The notes under the pieces were generated by a model. The model saw only the letters and a program-made list of their open reading frames with translations. It had not been told where the DNA came from and did not search any database. The position numbers and the translations under genes are program-made. DNA of 39,395 bases from Fibrobacteria bacterium. Lineage in GTDB: Bacteria > Fibrobacterota > Chitinivibrionia > Chitinivibrionales > FEN-1185. The DNA is taken from positions 1 to 39,395 of the forward strand of contig JBBIGR010000046.1 of the NCBI GenBank assembly GCA_037447435.1. The letters are read 5' to 3'. Shown in pieces: positions 1 through 8,057 of this stretch (positions are counted from its first letter, which is position 1; each line of letters opens with the position of its first letter).

Positions 1-22
1 ACTGTGAGTTAAGCCTCACAAA

Positions 23-382
23 ATGTGTCTCATTTTTATTGACAGGTTCCGAATTTCGGTAATTGAAAATGCATTTGCAAACCAAGTAAGCGACATATCG
101 GTATTTGTTAAAGGAACAATAACAAGAAGTTTAACCGATGACACCGTTGGCGACAACCACCAACGGTTTATTATTCAAATGTCAAATAGCCAAACTTTAT
201 TAATAGAGCACAATATCGATATTGGCCCAAGGGTTACGGGAGTAAATATTGGTACATTGGTTTATATTCATGGTGATTATGTGTGGAACAATCAAGGCGG
301 ATTAATTCATTGGACACATAAAGACCCGGCTGGCGTACATGAAAATGGTTGGATTATTATTGGAAATAGCAAATTTGAATAA
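23..382 (+). CDS. DUF3465-domain protein, probably 5'-truncated
   Basis: Motifs DD..G..HQRFI, LIEHNIDI.PR and GGLIHWTHKDP.G.HE.GW are typical of DUF3465. The usual N-terminal leader is missing and there is an in-frame stop at 5-7. Confidence 0.75.
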   Translation: MCLIFIDRFRISVIENAFANQVSDISVFVKGTITRSLTDDTVGDNHQRFIIQMSNSQTLLIEHNIDIGPRVTGVNIGTLVYIHGDYVWNNQGGLIHWTHKDPAGVHENGWIIIGNSKFE

Positions 383-577
383 TTTATTTAATACAAATGT
401 GAAAGGGTCTGAGCGAGGTGCATTGGTTTGCTGTTCATTACCCATTCAACAATCACGTATCGGTTTTCATTTTGGCAATGCGGTTGTATCCCCTTTACCA
501 CAGCGCTTTGCTTCAGGTATTTCGCGAGGACGCTTCATTCGCAAAATAACGTTATGTTAGGTGGAGAATAAAAGAAA

Positions 578-685
578 ATGAAAAAAGAAATTATCTACTT
601 TATTTTTCTTTGGGCGGCCTTTGGTATTGCACGAATTGCAATGCATTTTAAAACAAAGGGGAAATTATGCAAATCAAATTTGTAA
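578..685 (+). pseudogene. 35-aa ORF resembling an orphan signal peptide (MKKEIIYFIFLWAAFGIARIA...), probable gene remnant
   Basis: Translated by hand. GGAG at 563-566 and ATG at 578, basic N-terminus plus hydrophobic core. It runs into the start of the next gene in another frame. Confidence 0.3.
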
Positions 686-1059
686 GTGTCATGGTACAAG
701 ATCAAGATGCGGCTTTGCAATTTTATACGAAAGTATTGGGATTTAAAAAAATGGCAGACATTCCCATGGGAACATTTCGATGGCTAACAGTAACATCGCC
801 AGAGGGAATTGAAGGAGTAGAATTAGTGTTAGAACCAATGGCATTTTTACCAGCTCAAGTGTATCAAAAAGCCTTGTTCGAAGCTGGCATACCTGCAATC
901 GCATTAACAACAGCAAATATTAAAAAAGATTATGAAAAATTAAAAGAGCTTGGCGTAAAATTCAGAGGGAAACCCAAAGAAATGGGATTAATAAAAACAG
1001 TGGTATTTGAAGACACCTGTGGAAATCTTATAAACTTAGTACAACCAAAGCAACTGTAA
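667..1059 (+). CDS. VOC/glyoxalase-bleomycin resistance family protein
   Basis: V.DQD.AL.FYT.VLGF N-terminus, RWLTV.SP and FEDTCGNLINL C-terminus. AAAGGGGA RBS. Confidence 0.9.
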   Translation: MQIKFVSVMVQDQDAALQFYTKVLGFKKMADIPMGTFRWLTVTSPEGIEGVELVLEPMAFLPAQVYQKALFEAGIPAIALTTANIKKDYEKLKELGVKFRGKPKEMGLIKTVVFEDTCGNLINLVQPKQL

Positions 1060-1242
1060 TAATACTTTTAATAATGAGACTGATATTACCGAATTAAAAA
1101 ATGAAATTTCTAAAATAAAAGAAACAAAATATTAATTGGAGTTGGTATAGGCGGAGCAGTAGTAGCTGAAGGAGTACTTACTTACATTCTTTACCTTTGC
1201 GTCGTATCTATATTTGGGACAATTTTTAGCGGGTTTAATTAA
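1060..1242 (+). pseudogene. 3' fragment of a membrane-anchored protein gene
   Basis: Start-less frame ILIGVGIGGAVVAEGVLTYILYLCVVSIFGTIFSGFN* (1129-1242), preceded in an adjacent frame by ...ELKNEISKIKETK. Confidence 0.4.
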
Positions 1243-1318
1243 TACAAATAAGAAATCTATTCTAATAAATTGCTCAGTCTTGACCTGTAAATTACGCCTG
1301 GCGTTTGGAGTATAATCA

Positions 1319-1726
1319 ATGAAATCAGTCTCAATTTTATCGCTTTGGGTTTTTATATTATATTCGATCGCTTTACCAAGTAGTGACGGTGCATCCAATA
1401 AGATAGACAGTACCGATTCAACAGTAATTATCATCAACAGTCATACGGGAAAAGCCGATAGACAAACCGTCGACCAACCGAACGGCGTAAATAATGATTC
1501 AACAAATTCGCCGAACTTACATTCAAAGGCTAATGACAAAAACAATACTGTTTTAACCGACCGAGGAATTGGCACTATTGATTCTCAGACCGTTTCAAAA
1601 ACTAAACAAATGCATACATTATTGAGAGTAGGATTATTTTGTGGGGTAGTAGCGCTCATAGGGGTGATTGCTCTTTTGTATAATATTGGAAAAACGCTTT
1701 CACGCGAATCATCGATATTATCATAA
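1319..1726 (+). CDS. hypothetical protein with signal peptide, low-complexity D/N/S/T region and C-terminal TM helix
   Basis: ORF track; GGAG RBS upstream; hydrophobic segments at both ends. Confidence 0.6.
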   Translation: MKSVSILSLWVFILYSIALPSSDGASNKIDSTDSTVIIINSHTGKADRQTVDQPNGVNNDSTNSPNLHSKANDKNNTVLTDRGIGTIDSQTVSKTKQMHTLLRVGLFCGVVALIGVIALLYNIGKTLSRESSILS

Positions 1727-1808
1727 CATTATATACTATCCTGCCTTACCGGCAACGTAGCTCATAGTAGACCGATATTAACTTTTTAGCGCATATAAAA
1801 GGCATTGC

Positions 1809-2588
1809 ATGACAACGACATACTCTCCCAAAGGGACAACCGTTCACATCAACAATATCGAGATGTATTACGAAGAATACGGAAATGGAATGCCCCTGGT
1901 GCTCTTACATGGGTTTGGCGGTTGCTCACAGACCTGGCATCCCTTTATCGCAAAGTTCGCGGAGCGCTATCGACTGATCGTCGTGGATCTGCGCGGCCAT
2001 GGTTATTCCACCAATCCCGAAAATAAATTCACCCATCGGCAAGCGGCCAACGACGTGTTCCTCTTGCTTGACAAGTTGGGGATTGATCACTTTTTTTCTA
2101 TGGGAATCAGTTCCGGCGGAATGACGCTGCTTCACATGGCGACGAGCCAACCCAAACGCATCGGATCGATGGTATTAATCAGTGCGACGACCCATTTCCC
2201 CGATCAGGCAAGGAATATAATGCGCAATGCTTCGTTCGGCAGCATGCCGCAACAGGTACAAGCAATGTACCGGGAGTGCGCAAAACGCGGTGAAGCACAG
2301 ATCCGTCAACTCATTGCACAGTTTAACGCGCTTCATAAAAACTTCGATGATATGAATTTCACTGCGCAAAGTTTATCGACCATAACAGCGCGTACGCTCG
2401 TTGTGCACGGCGATCGAGACCGCTTTTTTCCCGTTGAAATTCCCGTAAGCATTTACCGTTCTATACCTTACGCCGCATTATGGATTATTCCCGGCGGCGA
2501 CCACGTTCCTATTTATGATTCCGCGGTCCCATTCACTTCCACAGCCCTGCGATTCCTTGACAGGGCAGACTGCGAACTATCGCTGTAG
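1809..2588 (+). CDS. alpha/beta fold hydrolase
   Basis: LVLLHGFGG oxyanion motif, DLRGHG.S, nucleophile motif GISSGG, HGDRD and a C-terminal GDH. Confidence 0.92.
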   Translation: MTTTYSPKGTTVHINNIEMYYEEYGNGMPLVLLHGFGGCSQTWHPFIAKFAERYRLIVVDLRGHGYSTNPENKFTHRQAANDVFLLLDKLGIDHFFSMGISSGGMTLLHMATSQPKRIGSMVLISATTHFPDQARNIMRNASFGSMPQQVQAMYRECAKRGEAQIRQLIAQFNALHKNFDDMNFTAQSLSTITARTLVVHGDRDRFFPVEIPVSIYRSIPYAALWIIPGGDHVPIYDSAVPFTSTALRFLDRADCELSL

Positions 2589-2775
2589 AAATTCTCGAAC
2601 GCGCCCGCGAAATCTCCTTGGCCGGCAAGTTCTGCTGTTACGTTCTGCAATCGGTTTGGCGGGTTTGACTCGTTTAATTTATATTAAAACAAGAAATTTC
2701 ATTCACCGGATAAAATACTATTCTTTACAAAACCGTACTTTAAAAACGGTTTGTAGCGCTTGACAAAGGAGCTCT

Positions 2776-3228
2776 ATGGATACCATTATCGATGAGGCTG
2801 TGGATTTTGTTGAAAAAGCCGAGGCGGCATTGTTTATAACAATTAACGAGGAAAACAAACCCGACTCGAGGTTGATTGGGCCTTTTGTCAATGAAATGCT
2901 GACCGTTTACATTTTCACCTTACTGAGTTCCAATAAAATAAAGCAAATTGAAAACAACCAAAACATATCCCTTTATTTTCAGAATAAGTTTGAAAATACG
3001 AAAGAATATAAAAGCATTTCATTGTACGGTATTGCAAACAAGATGGAAAAACAAGACGACAAAAACAAAATAATGGAAAAATTAGAAATCAAATCAAAAG
3101 GATATAAAGACTGGATTGAAAAAGACGGTTGGGAAAAATGGACAATAATAAAAGTACAAACCGAATATTTAAAATACGTGAACAACAGCAAATCACATTT
3201 GCCGATATTCAAACAAATTAATAATTAA
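2776..3228 (+). CDS. pyridoxamine 5'-phosphate oxidase-like (FMN split-barrel) protein
   Basis: TINEENKP.SR and IFT...SNKIKQIENNQNISLYF pattern; AAGGAG RBS. Confidence 0.75.
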   Translation: MDTIIDEAVDFVEKAEAALFITINEENKPDSRLIGPFVNEMLTVYIFTLLSSNKIKQIENNQNISLYFQNKFENTKEYKSISLYGIANKMEKQDDKNKIMEKLEIKSKGYKDWIEKDGWEKWTIIKVQTEYLKYVNNSKSHLPIFKQINN

Positions 3229-3300
3229 CACGGCATATTGCAGCACAAATTAATTACTGTATGAATCATTCAGTGACGGCTACGGCATAAGGAGAGTATC

Positions 3301-3672
3301 ATGGTTTTTTGTTGGGCAACGGTCACGGTAAAAGACATGGCCAAATCGATAGAGTTTTACCAGGATGTTTTGGGTCTGCAATGTACAAGGAAATCGAATC
3401 CGAACCCGGATATGGAACTGGCATTTTTAGGCACCGGCGACACGCAGGTGGAACTGATATACAATGCAAAAAGTAAGGACGTGAGTTTCGGCAAGGACAT
3501 TTCCCTCGGATTCGTGGTTGACTCGATAGAATCCGTCACCGCGTTGCTACAAGCGAAAAACATCCCGATAATCGCGGGGCCGTTTCAGCCAAACCCGTTT
3601 ATCAAATTCATCTACGTCCTGGATCCGAGCGGATTGAAAATCCAATTTGTCGAAAACATCAAGCCACAATAA
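3301..3672 (+). CDS. VOC family protein (lactoylglutathione lyase-like)
   Basis: VKDM.KSIEFY..VLGL, VELIY and F.YV.DP.G.KIQFVE; AAGGAG RBS. Confidence 0.9.
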   Translation: MVFCWATVTVKDMAKSIEFYQDVLGLQCTRKSNPNPDMELAFLGTGDTQVELIYNAKSKDVSFGKDISLGFVVDSIESVTALLQAKNIPIIAGPFQPNPFIKFIYVLDPSGLKIQFVENIKPQ

Positions 3673-3687
3673 AAAAGGAGAGCAGCC

Positions 3688-3957
3688 ATGAAAAAAATCA
3701 TATTGACCGTGACCAGCGTCATTGAAGTGGACGACAGCGTCAAGATCGAAGAAATCAAGGGCCACATCGAATTGGGAGACCACATCAACGTTATGGGCCA
3801 CAAAGTACAGCCGACCATTCATTTTTTGGAATATGAGGGAAATAAAAGCGGTGACGACAGCTGGGGGCCGGTGGACGAGGACATCAGCGATTCTTTGTTT
3901 GACGGCATAATTGACGAAGGATACACCATTATAGAAATAGCCGACGAAGAAAAATAA
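3688..3957 (+). CDS. small acidic hypothetical protein
   Basis: AAGGAG RBS, 15 bp after the VOC gene, host-like codon usage. Confidence 0.75.
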   Translation: MKKIILTVTSVIEVDDSVKIEEIKGHIELGDHINVMGHKVQPTIHFLEYEGNKSGDDSWGPVDEDISDSLFDGIIDEGYTIIEIADEEK

Positions 3958-3989
3958 TAAGCATTCTGTTTTGACATTCGCGATATTTT

Positions 3990-4021
3990 GCTGCCTATAG
4001 TTTCATTCCGCTATAGGCAGC
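3990..4021. terminator. hairpin between convergent genes, probable terminator
   Basis: GCTGCCTATAG-N10-CTATAGGCAGC, a perfect 11-bp stem. Confidence 0.65.
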
Positions 4022-4041
4022 CCTCTTCTTTGAATATGCGG

Positions 4042-6018
4042 CTACCGGTTGTCCGTTACCAGCATCTTGCCGCTTGTTTCGATCCCGTTACCGAATATTT
4101 TTACCATATAGATACCGGGAACCAGCGTATTCAAACGTATCGAATATTTTCCCTTATTACATTCAAAACGTCTCATTGTTTTTCCGTCGCAGGACACAAT
4201 CGATATTTCGGCTGCGCCGGGAAGCATCCCGCGAAGCATTCCATTACGGAAAACGGGATACATAATTGATTGAGCATACACACGGTCGATGGTGCGTACC
4301 GGCGTTCCCGCCGAATCTCTTGACATTGCAGGTATCGGGTTTGTCGCGGATGATGCGACGTCCGGGCCGAAGGCGGGCCAGGCAAGGCCGGGCGTCCAGA
4401 ACGCCGGAGCCGAAAAGAGATACAGCGAGGGCGGCAACTTTGAACTTGACGTAAGGGCATTCCACTTCGCGACCCCGGCACATACATTCCCTTCGTTGTA
4501 CACCGGCACGCAGGACGAATCGACCATATAGGCGCCAGCTTGGGGTAAAATATTGGCGATAACGTTTTCGTTTGCCGAAAAATCGTGCACACGAATGCCG
4601 GTGCCTGTGTCAAGGTAACACCGGTTACGGAAACTGGTGGTTTTTGGGCCTGTGGGGCCCCAGTAATCCGAATAGGTTATGTTGAAGCAGACGTTGCCCT
4701 CGAACAGATTATCGTGCGGATACATGCCGTGATTGGCGATATCGGCCTCAGCCTGAATCATATGACCGGTCGAATCGAGTATGGCGGGGTCTAAAATCGC
4801 CCAGTTATGCGTCCAGTTATATCCGATGACGCAATGGTTTGCACCTTCTTTCAATACGACCGCATGCCGTAAATGCTTGAATTCGCAATTCTCTACCGTC
4901 ACGGCCGAACTGCGGTTCTGAATGCACACGCCATACCCGGCCCCGCCGACGCCGTATCGCCGTGCATAACTGAACTTGCATCCTGATACAAGGACATTAT
5001 GCGCATATTCGACAATTGCATGACCGCGCGCGGTTTTGTACGACTCGACGTTTTTAATGTATCCGTTACGGACAAATCGTAATGCAATGTCGAAAATGTC
5101 GTTTTGCCCCATGGGCGAATAATGCGTGGAATCGACAACGTGCTCGATGTAAAGATCCTGAATGCCAATGTTTTCGGTACGGCTTTTTGCGGCAAACATC
5201 GAAATGCGGGGCTTGAGCGAATCCTTGAATGTCAGGCCGCACGGCGGATCGATAGTGACGGTGTTTCCTTTTACGGACGTTACTTCGGAAATCTGACCGT
5301 ACGATTCGGCGAATGCCACCGGATAAATCCCTTCGGACGTGTCGAGGGGGTTGTTGTATTTCTTTACCCATGCGGACGACGAATCGGCCGGGGGGAACAT
5401 AATTGCGGAATCGTTTGTGGATTTAATGTCGATGAGGTCTCCGACCTTTGCGGATACGCCGGACGGCAATATTATCGATGTGTCGCCTGCTTTTGGAGAA
5501 TAGCCGAGTTCGTCTTCCTGGTTCCGGGCCGAGTATCCCCTGGGCAGTTCGACCCAGATGAGCGCCTTGAAATACGTGACGTCGCAATTGAAAAGCAGTC
5601 TTGTTTTGCTTGGGCCCGCGCCCATGAGCACCACGTTATTGACTTCAGCGCCGGTCACGTTCCAATCGGACTTGACGCCGCTTGGTCCTATGCAAATTGG
5701 GCGTTCGAAAAGGTATGTTCCCGCAGGGAAATAATAAATGACCTTTTTTGACCCTTGTGCAGCCAAGGCTTTTACGAATTTGAGACCGATACTGTCGCCC
5801 AGCGCATTTCCCGGCAAAATTCCCAACGTCGACACGTTGACGGTGTCCCAGGTCGCATCCGGAAAGTTTATCTGCGCACGTTGCCAATTTACGAACCGTG
5901 ATGCCGGAAGGTCACCGCGGTCTGGCGCGGTATTGGCCCCGGCGGTTAAAACGCAAAAAGCGCATGCGAGTGAAACGAAAAACGTTTTTGGAGAATAGGG
6001 ATTTTTCTTTAATGCCAT
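4042..6018 (-). CDS. secreted right-handed beta-helix (pectate lyase/GH28-like superfamily) protein with T9SS-like C-terminal domain
   Basis: Signal peptide; YFPAGTY and VVLMGAGP..T.L beta-helix entry motifs; repeated VENC.F / NLFEGN strands; C-terminal ISIVS.DGK...PGIYMVKI...KMLV. Confidence 0.75.
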   Translation of the reverse strand: MALKKNPYSPKTFFVSLACAFCVLTAGANTAPDRGDLPASRFVNWQRAQINFPDATWDTVNVSTLGILPGNALGDSIGLKFVKALAAQGSKKVIYYFPAGTYLFERPICIGPSGVKSDWNVTGAEVNNVVLMGAGPSKTRLLFNCDVTYFKALIWVELPRGYSARNQEDELGYSPKAGDTSIILPSGVSAKVGDLIDIKSTNDSAIMFPPADSSSAWVKKYNNPLDTSEGIYPVAFAESYGQISEVTSVKGNTVTIDPPCGLTFKDSLKPRISMFAAKSRTENIGIQDLYIEHVVDSTHYSPMGQNDIFDIALRFVRNGYIKNVESYKTARGHAIVEYAHNVLVSGCKFSYARRYGVGGAGYGVCIQNRSSAVTVENCEFKHLRHAVVLKEGANHCVIGYNWTHNWAILDPAILDSTGHMIQAEADIANHGMYPHDNLFEGNVCFNITYSDYWGPTGPKTTSFRNRCYLDTGTGIRVHDFSANENVIANILPQAGAYMVDSSCVPVYNEGNVCAGVAKWNALTSSSKLPPSLYLFSAPAFWTPGLAWPAFGPDVASSATNPIPAMSRDSAGTPVRTIDRVYAQSIMYPVFRNGMLRGMLPGAAEISIVSCDGKTMRRFECNKGKYSIRLNTLVPGIYMVKIFGNGIETSGKMLVTDNR

Positions 6019-6046
6019 GACGAAGACTCCTTATAAATAGTGACAA

Positions 6047-6979
6047 TCAATTTCGTAAGAACGTCCAGCGCACGATTGCCCTGAAAACCTGTTTGGCCTG
6101 GGAAGTCGTATATATTGCATCCCCTTGCCAAAACAGGAATGCCGCGCGCCGAGCCTGCCCGATATCGCCGCCGATCAACGCTGCTCCGGTTTCCAGGCAA
6201 AACGCCTGTGTTTTCATGGTGTCGGCAGGGTCGACGACCGTTTTGGCCGCTCCCGGCGGCGGAACAGCCCAATCCAAATGTCCCAGTGAGTCGGATTGTG
6301 CGGACACGAATACGGTTAAACCGGAAAGACCGGCGGACCCGGGCCTGTTGGGATTGACAAACACGGTATCGGCAGGATTTCGGGACCCGAAATCCTTTCC
6401 TGCTGCGCTCCCGGAAAGTCCGAGTGAATTGAGGAAACGATAATTGCAATCGATGACCGGTTTTGCAGAGTTTTTGAGCGCGGCCGGGATAGTTGACAGT
6501 TGCGCCGTTGTCGAAATGCAAATGCCGTCCATACCGACGGTATCGGAAACGCCGGCCAGCGTATCCGGCACCGGCAATACGACGACCCCTTCTTTCCGCA
6601 TTTGAGCGCAAAGCAACGAATCGGCGACGTTTTTGAGGCTGCTTTGCCCGGTAACAAGGAGAATGACTTTGGGGGAAACGCCGTTGGTTGCCGAAATGCC
6701 GCTTGCGATAAGTACGGTGTCGGTATTGCTTATCCATTGAACGGAAAAAATGGAATCGGTTTTGGGAACGGAAATGGTAAACGACGTCGCCCCCGGCACA
6801 ACGGTGACGCTTGAATCGCCGTACACGACTTCGCCACCGTGCTGCATCGATTTTGGCAAACTAACCACCAGGGCCACGGTTTCTATGCCGCCGCCGTTTC
6901 CCGCCACCGGCGGGGTCGCGCATGAGCAGTACAAGCCAAGCATACAAATCGACAGTATCGCGGATAATTTTCGTTTCAT
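6047..6979 (-). CDS. lipoprotein coupled to the TIGR02147 gene
   Basis: Probable true start MKRKLSAIL at 6979 overlaps the upstream stop (ATGA). Lipobox-like YCSC followed by AGNGGGIET. The ORF track's longer version (7264) overlaps the neighbouring gene. Confidence 0.8.
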   Translation of the reverse strand: MKRKLSAILSICMLGLYCSCATPPVAGNGGGIETVALVVSLPKSMQHGGEVVYGDSSVTVVPGATSFTISVPKTDSIFSVQWISNTDTVLIASGISATNGVSPKVILLVTGQSSLKNVADSLLCAQMRKEGVVVLPVPDTLAGVSDTVGMDGICISTTAQLSTIPAALKNSAKPVIDCNYRFLNSLGLSGSAAGKDFGSRNPADTVFVNPNRPGSAGLSGLTVFVSAQSDSLGHLDWAVPPPGAAKTVVDPADTMKTQAFCLETGAALIGGDIGQARRAAFLFWQGDAIYTTSQAKQVFRAIVRWTFLRN

Positions 6980-7806
6980 GACAGGTCCTTGGTTTGCTGT
7001 TGCGCAACAGGAAAAACTGAGAAATTGCATTGATACACGATGTCCGGGTTCTTGCAATTTTGGGCTGCCGAAAGGATTTTTTCCCGCAAAGCCTTGATAT
7101 CGTTTTGTATTTCGTCGAACAGATCGTGCGAAACGCTGACCGTTAGTGTCGACATATACCGTTTCTCTTTGGGAAAGCGGTCGAATGCGTCTTTCGCTAT
7201 GTCCATTATCGCTTTCTGGTAATTGACAACAGCTAAAGACCGTGCTTCTTCGCCGGTGGTCCACACCGGGGACACTTTTACATAGACGCCGTGACCGTTT
7301 TTCTTTATAAGCCCCAAGGTTTCAAGGAGGGCAATTGATTTTCTCGCCATGGCCGGCGAGATTTTAGGCACGACCATTTTCGACAATGCGTCGAAATCGC
7401 CGGAGAACGGGAAATAGGCCAGTATTTCGCGAATGACAAGGTTGTACCAGGCACCGAACAGTTCGTACTGTTCGTGCGACAGGACATGTTTTTCGGATTT
7501 ATTGTACGCGATCAGGGTTTCGAATAGCCGGTTTTTCTCTTCGTGTTTTTTTGCCTTGCAGAATTGAACCATTGTATTGAAATATTCGGTTTCGCGCTTG
7601 CCCAGACCAATGAAATCTGCAAATCGCCGGGCAATTTCCGGGGAAATGTGCCGCTTCCCAAGGATGATTTTAGTAAAAAAGCCGGAATCTATTAAGAGCT
7701 TATCGGCAACGAATCGATGAGTAAAGTCTGGGTCAACACTCTTTTTATAATTGTAATACTCTTTTAAAAAGTTTCGATAATCGAGATATTCAAAAATATT
7801 AGGCAT
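6976..7806 (-). CDS. TIGR02147 family protein (DUF4423-containing, putative HTH regulator)
   Basis: NIFEYLDYR.FL..YY N-terminus, II.GKR.I, WY..VIRE, L..LGLI, R..STLT.S and VYQ.NF..FP C-terminus. Confidence 0.9.
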   Translation of the reverse strand: MPNIFEYLDYRNFLKEYYNYKKSVDPDFTHRFVADKLLIDSGFFTKIILGKRHISPEIARRFADFIGLGKRETEYFNTMVQFCKAKKHEEKNRLFETLIAYNKSEKHVLSHEQYELFGAWYNLVIREILAYFPFSGDFDALSKMVVPKISPAMARKSIALLETLGLIKKNGHGVYVKVSPVWTTGEEARSLAVVNYQKAIMDIAKDAFDRFPKEKRYMSTLTVSVSHDLFDEIQNDIKALREKILSAAQNCKNPDIVYQCNFSVFPVAQQQTKDLS

Positions 7807-7910
7807 ATGTCTTTTTTAGTAAAATGGGGTTTCACTTTCCCGTCCTTTAATAATATAACAGTTTTATTTCCATTTTACCAGCATATTTTAGGCACCACTT
7901 TATATCTGTA

Positions 7911-7927
7911 ACATAATGATATTATGT
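7911..7927. promoter_or_regulatory. palindromic candidate operator upstream of TIGR02147
   Basis: ACATAAT-GAT-ATTATGT perfect inverted repeat about 105 bp upstream of the start. The region is AT-rich, which lowers significance. Confidence 0.35.
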
Positions 7928-7993
7928 GATTAATACATTTTAATTATTTTTTTTACCATATTTTTATTTATTTTTTTGTCATCAAAAGCACAT

Positions 7994-8031
7994 AAAAAAA
8001 ATAGCTGCCATTTTTTAACGGCAGCCATTTT
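7994..8031 (-). terminator. intrinsic terminator of the LRR gene
   Basis: GCTGCC/GGCAGC stem followed by a T8 run on the minus strand. Confidence 0.7.
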
Positions 8032-8057
8032 ATATCGAGGGTTTTTCCGAAATTCGG

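Noticed and set aside
1720..1795. Complete attC site after the 135-aa gene
   Set aside because: TCATAAC and a weak TACTAT/ATAGTA stem are present, but there is no matching GTTRRRY end. It is kept only as weak support for the cassette hypothesis.
6980..7264. 95-aa N-terminal extension of the lipoprotein ORF
   Set aside because: It overlaps TIGR02147 in another frame, and the signal peptide and RBS-like AAGGA point to the start at 6979.
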